DNA of 64,000 nucleotides, taken from NCBI GenBank assembly GCA_951406725.2, contig OX597814.1, positions 41,230,001 to 41,294,000 on the forward strand, written 5' to 3'. Of this stretch, positions 1 to 13,890 are shown piece by piece. The notes beneath the pieces are model-generated. The model did not search any database. It was not told the origin of the DNA and saw only the letters and a program-made list of their open reading frames with translations. How positions within the stretch are numbered: the first letter of the stretch is position 1; each line of letters begins with the position of its first letter. The translations under genes and the position numbers were made by a program. Source of the stretch: Octopus vulgaris (lineage: Eukaryota).

Positions 1-199
1 CCTCTCTCTCTACGTCTGTCTGCATTCATAGAGATAATTATTATCGCCACCACGCCACCACACAATCATGAGAACAAATATTTGTTCTCATGATAGTGTG
101 GTGGTGGTGGTGGTGATAATCATTGGGTTAATTTATATATGTGTATGTGTTCTATATATAAATATGTCACTAGAAAACACTTATATATTTCCAAAGCAA

Positions 200-410
200 C
201 CTTGTCTTTCATCGCGACGTGGTGGTTACCGCCCGTGGATAAGAGACAATAATCTCGAAACTAGTCCGTGTGTATCACTCAGGCTTGCGAGAAAGGGATG
301 GCCTCCCTTTGCAATTACTTCAAGGGCAGTGAAATGGTAACTAAAGCCAGATGGAGACGATGATCGCCTGGGGCTATAAACACCCCCTCCTCTTTGTGGT
401 TAGCCATATT
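200..410 (+). mobile_element. Dispersed repeat fragment, probably a PLE terminal repeat with a degenerate hammerhead-like motif; related to 38080-38310
   Basis: The reverse complement of 260-410 aligns by eye to 38080-38240 (TATAGCCC, TCCA.CTGGC, TTGC.AAGG, AGCCT, GTGATA.ACAC..GGACT). It contains GAGA-caataa-TCTC GAAA CTAG TC CGTGTGTATC. Confidence 0.45.
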
Positions 411-534
411 AAGATGGCTTCTATACTTTACAATATCGAGTGATTACTGTTTACATCTCATTCTGAGATTTAATAATGTTATATATATATATATATATGT
501 ATATAATTTGTATGCATTTGTATATATAATGCGT

Positions 535-567
<33 letters not shown>

Positions 568-686
568 CTGTGTATATATGTACATATATATATTTAATGC
601 GAATATATAAATACAATACATATAAATATATATATATATATATATAATGTGTGCATTATGTGGTCGGTTGAGCTGAAAATATGCAC

Positions 687-1379
687 ACCTATAATAAAAT
701 TGCTGGCGAGTTTGCTTTCCTCAAATGAAAGTCGTGACCTCTAGGACAAAATTCCTCATCTTATAAAATGTGGCTCGAGTAGACCCGAATGAAATAAAGT
801 TATATTAACCAAAATGTGCAAAGGGGTCTAAATGTGGCTGGACGGGGATTAAAATTTACAGGAGCGGGCGTTTACGAATTTTCTTTTACATCAAGTTAAA
901 AGCTTTACCCCAGCCGTTAAACTGCCACCATGTTGCTGTCCATCATTAAGAAATGCCAGCCATGGTGACTCTACTATCCTCAGATTCTATCCCTTCAGTC
1001 TTTGGTTTCCAATATTTTTTTTACTTTTTATTCAGCTCGCAAGTTCCTCTCTCCCTTTTAAATGTTAGTGTTTTGCTATCTGGCTTGAAGCAGACCTTTC
1101 CGTTGTCACTGCCTGATATTTATGATTGATCTTTCAAAATGTTTTTTTCTCTGAACTTACTCGAGATCTTTTGTTGTATATAAATGGGAGAGAGATAGAT
1201 AGAGAGTAAGAGAAAGCGAGGGAGAGTCCGATAGAAAGGAAGAGTAAGAGAGTGGGAAAGTGTGAGAGAAAGGAAAGAGAAACAAAGAGGAAGAATGTGG
1301 TGATAAAAAACAGAAAGGAAGCAACAGACAGCAACAACCACACTCTTACCGGCGCGTAGAGCGGGTCACATTAAGCTAG
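687..1379 (+). mobile_element. Non-autonomous Helitron-like element
   Basis: 3' end has an imperfect GC hairpin ACCGGCGCGTAGAGCGGGT about 10 nt before CTAG|T (1376-1380). 5' end CTATAATAAAA resembles Helitron starts but is uncertain. Confidence 0.45.
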
Positions 1380-1589
1380 TTACATATAAATGTAAGAGCC
1401 TACTGTTAACAAGGCTGAGTGGCGTTCATTTAAAATTACTTAAAAACTACACATTATGTACAGGACTTTACCAACGAGGGAAAAATATGAAAACACACTA
1501 GATAAGTACTGGACAAAATACCAACAATACAGAATAAGTCGATGACACACACACACACACATGTTTATATACATCCACGTATATGTGTA

Positions 1590-1792
1590 TTTCCGTCTGT
1601 GTTTCCCCAACACCACTATTTGACAACTGGTATTGTTATGTTTATGTCCATGTTCTGTTTAGGTTTGACAAAATAAACCGATAGGATGAGTGATAGTCTT
1701 TGAAAAATAAGTCTTGTGGTCGATTCTTTGACTAAGACTTTTCACTGTGATGGCTCCGAAAAGCTGCAGACTAATGACTGAAGTAAGAAAAA
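1590..1792 (+). mobile_element. Degenerate SINE 3' half (same family as 23595-23800)
   Basis: Shares CCCCAACA, ACCGATAG, AATAAGTCTTGTGGTCGATT, TTGACTAA and GACTGAA with 23595-23790. Confidence 0.6.
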
Positions 1793-1954
1793 TTATATAT
1801 AAATATCAGGTTGAGTACAAACTAAGTACCGTTTTGCACAATTAAGAGTTTGTACTTGATTTTGGCAGTTTTTTAAAAACATATTTTTGCAATTATCTGA
1901 TAAGATATATATTAACTTGCCTAACTGCATAATAAATACACGTTCTATAAGAGT

Positions 1955-2125
1955 TTTCTACGGTATTTACATTAGACGGTTATGTGTCCTCATCTTTTTT
2001 GTTGTTGCACCAAAGTTGTGGCTGATTTACTCTCCAGGGGTCCTGGTAGAATTTTGAATTCAACCCTGGATTCTCATTCCTAAGGTGTTATTTTGCTGAT
2101 GTTATTATTATTGTTGTTATTATTA

Positions 2126-2165
<40 letters not shown>

Positions 2166-3385
2166 AAAACAGTAACTGAAAATGAACTTGCAGTCTTGGA
2201 GTTAGTACCCCGTACTCTTAAACATTATGCTGTATGCCCGTGGCAATTATAAAGTGAATTTCAGGGCTTATAAACCTAATGTTTTTGTATGCTTCCTTAA
2301 TGCCGGTTCCCATATTCTGGATGGAATCACTCCGTCGGTTGCGACGACGAGGGTTCCGGTTGATCCGATCAACGGAACAGCCTGCTCGTGAAATTAACGT
2401 GCAAGTGGCTGAGCACTCCACAGACACGTGTACCCTTAACGTAGTTCTCGGGGATATTCAGCGTGACACAGAGAGTGACAAGGCCGGCCCTTTGAAATAC
2501 GGGTACAACAGAAACAGGAAATAAGAGTGAGAGAAAGTTGTGGTGAAAGAGTACAGCAGGGATCACCACCATCCCTGCCGGTGCCTCATGGAGTCCCATA
2601 TTCTATTCATATCTATATTAGGTCTAATTAGTAGGTTATGGTATCATAGCATATGTGCTCTCTGTCTATTATTATATGTGTTCTATGTCTATTATTTTAA
2701 ATTCATATCCGCTTTTCCATACTTGATCAGCTATACCTCATTTTCCATCATCTCATGCTACAGCTTCTCCGATGTTTCTCTACCCTTATTTTGAGGGGCG
2801 GCATATTTTGCCATTGTCTAACCTACCACAGCTGCATGGGATGGAGTACACGCAGACCTTCGTCATATTCTCTTCTATTAGTGGTTTAACTCGAAGGAGA
2901 TATTTGCGAAGTGTATTACTCTTGAAAACCGCCCTGTTATCATATGGACCGCATATATTTTGTATCTTTTCCGAGAGGCCTTTCACATAGTTTACTCAAA
3001 CTGTGTTTATTTTATGTATATCTTCCTCTTCCTCTTTCCTCTTCCTATTTGGAGTGGGTAGTATGTTTTAGGGTAGTTGTGGCTTAAACGGATTGTTACT
3101 TCACGATCGCTACTTATATTCTTTGCTCGGTGTTTTAAGCACCGAACAATCCCTCTCTTTCAATGTATGAATGGTGGGAATTGAAGTTGTAGTATCGTCC
3201 ATTGATGGTTGGCTTGCGCTATACGGATATCTTGAACCCCTCTTTAGCGCGTGTTATTAAAACACCCATGATTCCTAGATGATATTCTTCTTCTTTTTCC
3301 GTTGTGAACTATATGGAGGGTTTTATTGAGTTCACATGATCTAGCAGAGTATAAAGGTGTCATCAGTGTTTGGAGCCATAATCAG
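1955..3385 (-). mobile_element. Penelope-like element, left inverted arm: RT C-terminus, GIY-YIG endonuclease, tRNA-like segment, (TAA)n, terminal repeat
   Basis: Minus strand reads LLDHVNSIKPSI*FTTEKE...V*RKPT.NGRYYNFNSHH (PLE RT) and KGLSEKIQNICGPY...VYSIPCSCG (ORF 2786-2986). The rest mirrors 3390-4223. Confidence 0.85.
2319..2593 (-). mobile_element. Young 5'-truncated SINE-type insertion
   Basis: Perfect 11-bp TSD TCCCATATTCT (2308-2318, 2594-2604). Absent from the homologous site of the right PLE arm (~3810-3822). Strand is inferred. Confidence 0.8.
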
Positions 3386-3387
3386 TC

Positions 3388-4223
<836 letters not shown>

Positions 4224-4272
4224 GCATTATTTTGACATTGATATTTTTTCACCGCTCTTAGAATCATCTAAA

Positions 4273-5282
4273 ATGGGACTGTCAAAGAGCGATATTCGAG
4301 CAATTGTGCTATTCAACTTCAAAATAAGATGTAAAGTAGATGAAACTGCTCGCGATATCAACGAAATGTTTTGGGAGGAAATGACCAGTGGGTGGTCAGC
4401 TCGAAAAGGGTTTGAACGATTTCGCTGTGGAATCATGAGTCTTGAAGATCGTGATTGCAGTGGACGTCCATCTGTCATCAATGACGGTCAATTAAAAACC
4501 CACTTTGAGAAAGTTTCAGGTAAAGCCACTCGAGAAATAGTTAAAGAACTTCAAGTTAGCCAGAAAACTGTCTGCAAAACTGTCCGAACCCCATGCTCGA
4601 CAAATGGGTACCACATGATTCGAATGAAAATCAGAAAGAGCGCAAATATGAAATTTGCTCATCACTTCTTCTCCGTAAGTAGACGATCCATTTCTCGAAA
4701 GTATTGTAACTTGCGATGAAAAGTGGATTCGTTACAATAATATAATACGTTATTCGTAGTGATTAGACTACAATGAAGCACAGAAAACCTTCCCCAAACC
4801 AGAACTATTTAAAAAGAAGGTTTTGGTGGGTTTGGCCTTGTACTGCTGGACACAGCGACTATAACTTCGTAAAACATAGAAAAACCATTACTGCAGAAAC
4901 ATAATGCTATATGTTTGCGAAAATGAACGAAAAACAGCTATACCTACTCCCCAGACGGGTCAACAGAATAAGCCCAATCATTCCTCATGATAATGCTCAA
5001 CCACATGTTTCACTAATGACGCTCCATAAGTTGAGGGACCTTGAATACGAAGTTCTCCCCCAGACAGAATATTCCCTAGATCTTTCTCCCACCGACTACC
5101 ACTTTCTAAAGCACCTTGATTGTTTCTTTCGAGCGAAAGAGTTTAAAAATCAAACCTCTTCTGAAGGTGCGTTCAAAGATTTCATCAGGTGCAGAACTCC
5201 ATTTATTTTATGTTATAAGCAATAAACAAACTTGTAACTCGTTGTCAAAAACATGTTCATTGTAATGGTACTTACTTCGATG
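4273..5282 (+). pseudogene. Mariner transposase pseudogene (Hsmar1/cecropia-like)
   Basis: Frameshifted pieces give MGLSKSDIRAIVLFNF...SLEDRDCSGRPS, WVPH (tgggtaccacat), IVTCDEKWI, HDNAQPH and YSLDLSPTDYHF. Confidence 0.9.
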
Positions 5283-5365
5283 AATAAAATTTCCGCATTG
5301 TTGAAACATATTGTTATAAATTTCATGGTTCAAAATGTTGCTTACATCTTACTCGGCCTGATATA

Positions 5366-5369
<4 letters not shown>

Positions 5370-5438
<69 letters not shown>

Positions 5439-5445
5439 GTGTGAG
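5370..5445. repeat. (TG)n microsatellite
   Basis: Directly visible. Confidence 0.95.
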
Positions 5446-6075
5446 CATGTGTGTGTATACACATGCGCCCACTCACGCACACAAAAACACACGAAATCAC
5501 ACACTCGCATACACACCTATACACTCACAGTAAATCATGCTAAATCTCGTATTCATATATGTACTTGTTTGCTGAACGATGCCTTTTTGGTGATGCCGTT
5601 GATGCCGCTGTAGGCTAATTATTGCCTAGAAGAATCGTTGACATTGGGCGCATGGTGGGCGAGTTTGATTTTGTCGAACCTATCTACCTGTCGCTTGATT
5701 TCACCCTTCTCCGATTTGGTGGCTTCGTAGTATTTGCATTCGATGGTGATAGAGCACCGCCACTTTGTACGGTGGCGGACTTGCGTTTCAAAGGACATAT
5801 GCTGAATTGTTGTGGCTTCTTATCTAGGCATACTTTATTGTACAATGTCTAATTTCATGTTTCTTTTCAATTGTAATGTTTATAAATTTCAAGGAATAAT
5901 TACAGAGTTGTAAGAAGCTTACAATGCGTTCATTCGAAGTAATGTTTAATCAATCTATATTGCACTAATACACCTTACCATACTATACGGAATTACACAG
6001 AATGTTGCGTTTCATGTATAAGAAATGGCATGAGAAAGAAATTGGCATAAATCAAATGATGAACTACAAATATCC

Positions 6076-6228
6076 AATAACATCCTGAACACCATTCATC
6101 AGTATTTCAAATCCACAGCAAGAAACAATCATAGTGACGTACGATTCTTAGAAATTCACATCTACGTATGCGATGCGAAATTAACAACCACTATATTTTA
6201 TAAAACGACAGGTACCACATATCAAACA
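6076..6228 (+). pseudogene. Old Penelope-type RT fragment (second PLE family)
   Basis: In frame NNILNTIHQYFKST...RFLEIHI...LTTTIFYKTTGT, resembling PLE RT LNxIHPxIKFT...FLD...YxKPT. Confidence 0.6.
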
Positions 6229-7261
6229 TATGAAATTGCATTCATTTTCATTGGGAATATGTGGAAACAATAGGATCAAGATATTCCCTTTCTATAAACA
6301 CGCAATGGCTGATTCAAAAGGGCATTTTCACCAACACTAAGCGTGTAAAAGGCATAACTGTCTTTCAAATATGAGAAAATTGTATAAACAGACAATACTT
6401 TTCTAGATGTACCAAATCAAAAAATAATTTGATATCATTAATTATGTACTGTTAGTGAAATTGATGGAAAATTTATCTCTTAAACACACACTCACACGCA
6501 AACATGTGCACATACAAACACATTAAACAGTGTTTCCAAACAATTCGATGAATCTTATAGCTAAGCAGTCTAATGGTTTATGGAAAAGAAGAAAATAACT
6601 AGCAGTTCTTCAATGACAAAAAGCAACAGTTTATTATGATTGTTTGTGTTTGACCTCTTTTAACCAGCCATTAAATCAACTTTTGTAGAAAACACCAGTC
6701 TAGAAAGTTGATTTTTTAAAATTTTCTTTTTACATTTTCTTCCTTCGCTCACCGACCTCTAAAATTGCTCTCTTGTATACAGCGTTTAAAAATTCACGAC
6801 TCACAACTACATTGATACAAATACATGCAAATATATATGCACACACATGTGCATTCAAAATGAGAAAAACATCTCAGGTAACCTCTACCAAAACATCTTT
6901 TCCCCATACTCTAGAAAACAGATTGAACACTTGAAGTTTTCTGCTTAGTGACACATATAAAATAGTTCAATTTTCAATAGCCAATTATTCATGATAAATT
7001 CTTGAAAGGGATAACAGCGCTCAATAAATATTTCTCGAAATTCTGACAACACTATTTTGTTAATATGCCTGTATACCCACATACACACATATATACGCAC
7101 CTGCATATATACATATCTATCTATCCCTCTATCTATCTATCTGTTTGTCTATCTATCTATCCATCTATATCTCCATATATATATATATATATATAACGGG
7201 AAGATTTATGAAATTAGACAAAAGACGAAGGCAGGTGGAAAACAAACGAACAATTGTATTA

Positions 7262-7310
<49 letters not shown>

Positions 7311-7315
7311 TGTAT

Positions 7316-7361
<46 letters not shown>

Positions 7362-7629
7362 CTCATCAGAGAGTATATAATTCAGTGTAGCAGCCTGCAT
7401 GTTAAACACACAAGGCACGGGGAAAAAGGGAATTTTTTTCATAGTAATAAAATGGAAACTGGCAAATGTTCATCTGCGCATGACTAAACCCCATTAAATA
7501 ACAATTACAATGCGAGCTACATGCAATAACATATGACTTTTGGATTTCCGAAAAAAACAAAAATACATTGCTGTGAATAGCGCATAATTTTTGAAGTCAA
7601 ATGGAGAATATTGAATCACAGTAACATTA

Positions 7630-7826
7630 CTAGCTTACAGAATCAGGAGTAAACTGGGCAAACTACTTAACGGCATTTCTCGTGTCGTTAAGTTCTGAGT
7701 TCAAATTCCACGCAGGGTGACTTTTCCATTTATTATTTCAGAGTCAATAAAATAAGTAACAGTTGGGCACTGGTGGCGATCAACAACATCCATAAAATAG
7801 CTGGGCTTGTACTAAAATTTTAAACG
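7630..7826 (+). mobile_element. Degenerate tRNA-derived SINE (family of 38358-38545)
   Basis: B-box-like GTTCTGAGTTCAAATTCC, then GACTTT...GTCAATAAAATAAGTA and a GGCTTGTAC tail. Confidence 0.6.
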
Positions 7827-7984
7827 GATATTTAATTATAGTAAAATGAGATTGGTTCATTTGCAAATCCATGATTATTGATTTTCAATCAACTGTGAGG
7901 TCAGTTTAAAGGAAGCTATCAGCGAAAGTGTTCCCTACATATATAATGAGTGACGTGTTCGTTCATCCATTATAGTTTAGTAAG

Positions 7985-10900
7985 TTAGAGAGGTAGACGC
8001 GGAGTAAGTGAGGGGTGGAGAGTAAAAGGGAAAGAGAGAAAGAGAGAGGAGGAGTGTGAGCTGAGAAGAGAGAAATGAAGACGAATTAGAAATGATGTGT
8101 AATAGATGAGGAGTTCAGCTGCTGCGGAAAGGTGTTTGCTAGTTACATCGGGCTGAGAATCTACCAAAGATAGGTGTGTAAGAAGAAAGAAACTCAACAA
8201 CGTGGGTTGATAAACCATAAGACGTGTGGCCAGAACCCCATGGAAAATAACCATAGCGAGGTTCATTCCCCAGTTGAATTAGAACAGCCAAAAAGACTGA
8301 TAGGCGTGAAAAGGACAAAGATTAAGTGGCCGAAAGCAAATGATGCAAGTTATCAAAAATTTGACGACGAGTTAGAAAGAATGACCACCAAATTCAAAGG
8401 CGATGAAGAATAAAATCTCGAAAACCTGGCTAATACAATCTACCAGGAAGGAGAGGAAAGATTTGGACTGGAAACAACAGGGAAGGTAGAATCAACTGCA
8501 AAGAGCGCACAATCGAGGAGAGAAAGACGGATCTCAAAGATTCGAGAAGAGAAGAAAAAACTCAGAACCAAAGAGATGCAAAGGAGGAGGAAAGAGAAGG
8601 GCTAAAGCAGCTATATGAAGAGATAAAAAAGAGGCATCGAGATTTGCTAAGAAAACAAAGAAGGAGGAGCAGAATAAAGGAGAGAGAAAAAAACTATCGT
8701 AGTTTTGTGAACAATCCCTATGAATATGCGAAACATCTATTCACTGAAAGTAAAAGCGGAAAATGGGATTGCACGAAAGAAGAGCTCGAACAACATCTGA
8801 AAGGGACATACAGCGACTCTGACAGAAATGAAGTACTCCCAGAAATGCATGGGCTGAAGAAACCACCTGAACCATGAGTACCATTTGATTTGAGTAACAT
8901 CAAACGGAAAGAAATGGATGAGTTCATGAGAAAAGCAAGAGCAAACAGTTCACCAGGGAACGATGGAGTGAGCTACAAGGTATATAAATATTGCTCGAAA
9001 TTACGTTTGTAGCTGTTTGCACTGATAAGAGAAATGTGAAAAAAGAAAGATGTAGCGGAGCGATGGTGTATAGCTGAAGGTATCTATCTACCTAAAGAAA
9101 AAGAGGCAACAACAATAGGTCAATTTAGACCAATTTCATTATTAAATACTGACGGGAAAATCATGTTTGGAATAATTGCTAGACGAATCATAATATTCGT
9201 ACAGCATAACGGGTACGTTAATGAAGCAATCCAAAAATCAGGAATCCCCAGAATCCTTGGGTGCATAGAAGACGCATTTGCCATCTGGGAAACAATCACC
9301 TGTGCAAAGCAAATGAGGAAAAACCTGTATATTTTTTGGCTAGATCTTGCCAATACTTATGGATCTGTTCCGCACGCAATAATAAAAACAGCGATGGATT
9401 TCTTTTGGATTCCAAAAGACGTTCAACAAATGCCCATGTCGTACTACGACAACCTGAGGATGAGATTTACAGCAGGAAAGTTTACAACGGAGTGGCAACG
9501 GCTTGAAATAGGTATTGCAGCCGGATGCACGATATTATTCGTGCTAGTCATGGAAAAGTTGCTTAAATCTATAAAATGTGTGAAAGCTGTTACAAAGACA
9601 CCATTAAGGGCTTTTATGGGCGACGTAACTATATTATCAGAAAGTAGAGAAGCAGCACTGATTGGATGGGCAAGGATGAAATTCAAAGCCAAAAAATTTC
9701 GAAGCAGGGCTTTCGTGAAAGGAAGGCAAGAAGTGAAATTCAGGATAGGAAGGGAAGACATACCAACGGTGAAAGAACAACCAGTAAAGAGTCTCGGCAG
9801 ATGGTATAGAGATTTATTAAATGATAATAAGCAAGGGAATGAAACACACGAGTTAGTAGAACAAGGATTAAAGGCAATTGCCGGGAAAATTCAAATGTCG
9901 GATACTGCAATTTGGGCTGTACCCAAGAATAATATGGCCATTGCAAATGTACGAACTAGCCTCAAGTAGAGTAGAAAGGATGGAACAAAGATGCAGTGTG
10001 TTTATCAGAAAATGGCTTGGTCTGTCGAAACCACTGAATACAAATGCACTATATGAAAAACCCGTGCTGCAACTACCAATAACATCAATCGTCGAAGAAT
10101 GTAAGGCTGGAAAGGCATGGACAGTAATGATGCTAAGGTATTCAAAAGATCAGAACATCCGGGAAAACCCTCCAAAGGTACGAACAGGAAAGAAATGGAA
10201 GGCGGAAGAGGCAGTAAACAAGGCGATCGGAAAACTAAGGCACGAAGATATAGTCGGAGCGACCGAAGAAGCAAGAACCGGCCTAGGGTCGCAAAATTTC
10301 AGGCCATTTTGCAAGAGCAGTGTAAAAGAGATGAATGAGATATACGAAGTGAGAAAGGAGAAAGAAGAAAGGCGAAACGTACATTTGGTGCAATGCAATC
10401 AACAGGGACAGTGCCTGAGATGGGAGGAATATGTGATCAATCGCAGAATATCATGGAAGGAACTTTGGGCTTGGGAACAAGCAAGAACATCCTTCCTGAT
10501 CAAGTCTACCTTCGACGTTCTACTCTCACCGGCTAACTTAGTCTGGTGGAACAGACCGGATTTAGTCCTATGAAACAGTGACCGGAGAATAGGAAGTTTA
10601 CTAGAACTGACTGTACCTTGGGAAGAGAACATCGGCAATGCAGAGGAATGAAAGGAGAAGAGGTACGAAAAGCTAATCGAAGAATGCAGAGAAGAGGGAT
10701 GGAATGTCGAATATTATCACCTGACAGTGAGGACTAGATGCTTCATTGAAAGAAAAATGACAACGCTTTTGAAAAGATTTTTTTTCTAGCTCCGAGCTGC
10801 AAAAACTAATAAGGAGAGTACAGAAGGCGGTCGAAAAAAACAGCTTCTATATATGGCTGAAGCGGAAAGACCGAAATTGGCTTGAAAGTCATAACATGCC

Positions 10901-11560
10901 GGCGGGAGATAACATCATTACGTGAGACAAGCACACACTGAATCAGCTTCGTTGATTGACAGGTGACGGTCGTTTAGAGAATGCGCGGGCTAAAACTACG
11001 CGCCTTCCCTAGTCAGTTAAGGTGAGACAATGTCACGTGACAACTTGCTTGGGCAGCCTGCTGGAGTCTGGCGGCAGGTGTTTAAAGGGAAAATTTTGAC
11101 AAATCAGTCAGTCACCGGCTGACACTCGCTAAGGATACATCGAAGAGGCCAGGGAACAGAAGAAAGAAGAAAGAAGACATGCAACCAATTCCAGAGCTGA
11201 AGACACCTCTGAAAAGGGGGGCCACGCCACGTCAAAACAGTAGAGGAGTGGAGACCGAAACCGGACATGGTTCCTCCTGATGATGTCTTGAGCTAACTGG
11301 ATCCTATTAAGGAGCTATTGTGGTAGCAGGCCACGAAACACGGTTGTAATTCCTCGTAAGGCTAAATGCGACACATGGTTAGTTGAAGAGACAGGAGTAG
11401 AGCGAGAGTAAACGACGACGAGAGAAAAAATGAAGAGTGAAATGTTAAAAAAGGCAAATAGAGAAAGTTAGACGGGAAAGGCAGTTACATTCAGAAAGAG
11501 AGAGGCAGATAGCGTCTGTATTGTCAGAGTTGACAGCAAGAACAAATAAATATAAACAAT
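7985..11560 (+). mobile_element. Hero-type (R2/NeSL superfamily) RLE non-LTR retrotransposon, near full length, inactivated
   Basis: N-terminal Zn-finger relic SCCGKVFASYIGLRIYQR*VC (8117-8179), KIKWPKAN, SSPGNDGV, FRPISLLN, WLDLANTYGSVPH, GIAAGCTI, AFMGDVT, KSLGRWY, PGKFK...PRIIWPL, WKAEEAV, and RLE RPDLVL...LELTVPWEE...KRYE. Many stops and frameshifts. Coding part ~8110-10890; ends approximate. Confidence 0.88.
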
Positions 11561-12244
11561 CAGCTGAAATGTACTGAAATAAAAGAGCTTTGTTACCGAA
11601 AACTTGAATCATGGTGGTGTTGGTGGTAGTGGTAGTGGTGGTGGAGGTGGTGGTGGTTTTGTTGCTGCTGCCGTGTTGATAGTGAAAATATATTTTTTCA
11701 TTGAACTAAATCTATATTATTCTAGTACCTGTCCGTTCACACTTTACGCTGAAGTTTGTAAGAGAGTACGACGAGGTGGAGTGATATATAGGAAGAGGGA
11801 ATGTGAGAGTGTGTGATAGAACTGATAACCAGCCGATGCATTATGCTGTAACGCGTGTGGTTAGTGGAAGTAAGAGATGAAGAGAAAAAGGGCAATGTTA
11901 AAGGTATGATGAGGGAAATTACATGGTTAAAAGTTTGTTGAAGAGGGAATTAGAAAATGAAAATATAAAGTGCTTAGCAGAGTTAAATTTTAAAATCGTA
12001 TAAGGTATTATTGTAACTAGAAGTGAAATAACTGAGGAAAATAAAAATAAAATGTAAATCATGTTTTCTTTCTTTAATAGCTCTCTTAATCTTTCTCGGT
12101 TTTGTGGAATTTTCCACACTCCCCAGTAGTTTATACCTATTTAATTTACAATCAAGAGGTAGTTGATGTGTCACAGTTTGAAGGAGAAGAAAACTCAGGT
12201 TGAACAACATGAAATTTATATATCTCATTTAGGTAATCCCTGTA

Positions 12245-12420
12245 CTTTGCTGGACGAAATAGCAGCATTGCATCCGTTTTACGTTCTGTGTTTAAATTTC
12301 CCCGAGGTTAATTTGTCGTTTTGGCGTCGATGAAATAAGTACCAAGTAAGTACTGAGATCAATATAATCGATTTCTTTCACCACCGAAATTGCTGGATTT
12401 CTTTCAAACTTTGAAACCAA
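12245..12420 (+). mobile_element. Degenerate SINE (family of 38358-38545)
   Basis: TTACGTTCTGTGTTTAAATTTCCCCGAGGT...GTCGATGAAATAAGTACC...GAAATTGCTGG. Confidence 0.55.
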
Positions 12421-13649
12421 TACTGATAATTGCTGAAGATATGAAGCATTATTGGTTGTTGTAATGCGTTAAGTTTCAAGACTAATCGGGTTAGTATTCT
12501 AGCTTTAAAAATTGATATGATAACAAATAATTAAACCCAGGTTGAAACGACATTACGTAATATGACTTTGCTCAAAACCATGTTGCTGCACTTGGCATCA
12601 CTCTGAATCTGGTAGTAAAATTAGATACTTAGTCGTATCCAGATTTACCAAAGTGTAAAGCACCACATAATAACGTACTTAATCCCATACCGGAGTGGGA
12701 TCACAAATGACTCGACAGATATTCCATTGACAGTAAATTTAGAACTCACCGGGGAGAAAACGTTAGTATATTGTAGCTACGCTTTACCTTCGAAGCTTCA
12801 TTATCGCAAGTTCAATATCACTATAAATATATATGTATAAGTATATGTATATATATATATATGTGTGTGTATGTGTGTACATATACATCTAATATTTTAA
12901 GCGCTGTATTAATAAACATATTCGTATAAAGAACCATTTGAAAACATACATTTATTTTAAAGCATACCTCTTAGGGAAAAACGTCTCAGGGGTTTAAAAT
13001 ATGTCCATTCCCACTGCAACACTATATTGACTAGAAGACAGGAAATTTGTCATTGACATGACATTTCCATAACTGGAAGACTGATAGAGGTTAGGTAGAC
13101 ATGGATTCAATTTACATCGGCGCCCTGAGGCCCAGGTAGTATTTTACCCTGGTATTATATTGTTTCCTATAATTTGAAAACAATTTAGCACGTTTTGTTT
13201 CACAGCATACTTTACAATGAATGTTCTTCTTCCATTTGTCATCTCCTTCATTATATTTGCTAATAAATAAAAAGCTGTATAGTAGAATTAAATAAAGACA
13301 GCACTAATTCTGCTGGATAAGATTTCACGCACAAATTCAATCACTTGAACTCATGAACACATACGCAATGAATTGAGAAAGCCAGTTTCTTAAATTATCT
13401 GTACATATTTATCTGAAAGGCAACATACAGTGTCAAGTAGTCTCCTGCACACATATTCGCTAAGATATTTCCTGTAGTTTCTATATACGTGTAAAGTAAA
13501 TGTGTGCAGAGCAATAGGATCTTCAAATAAATAGTCTATTTAAATATATAATTTATCTGCATATAGTTACACATATAGTCACACGCACTTGCACACATTT
13601 ATAATGTACATATAAATATATATTTACATGTATGCGCACATTTTCTGAG

Positions 13650-13658
13650 TAATATGTA

Positions 13659-13712
<54 letters not shown>

Positions 13713-13756
13713 TAATGCAATACAAAGTATTGCCTTCCAGTAAAAATTTACTAATT

Positions 13757-13814
<58 letters not shown>

Positions 13815-13890
13815 TATATATATATATACATATTTAAATGCATATATATATGTATATATATATATATACGCACACATTTATATATATTAT
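13650..13890. repeat. (TA)n microsatellite cluster
   Basis: Directly visible. Confidence 0.95.
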
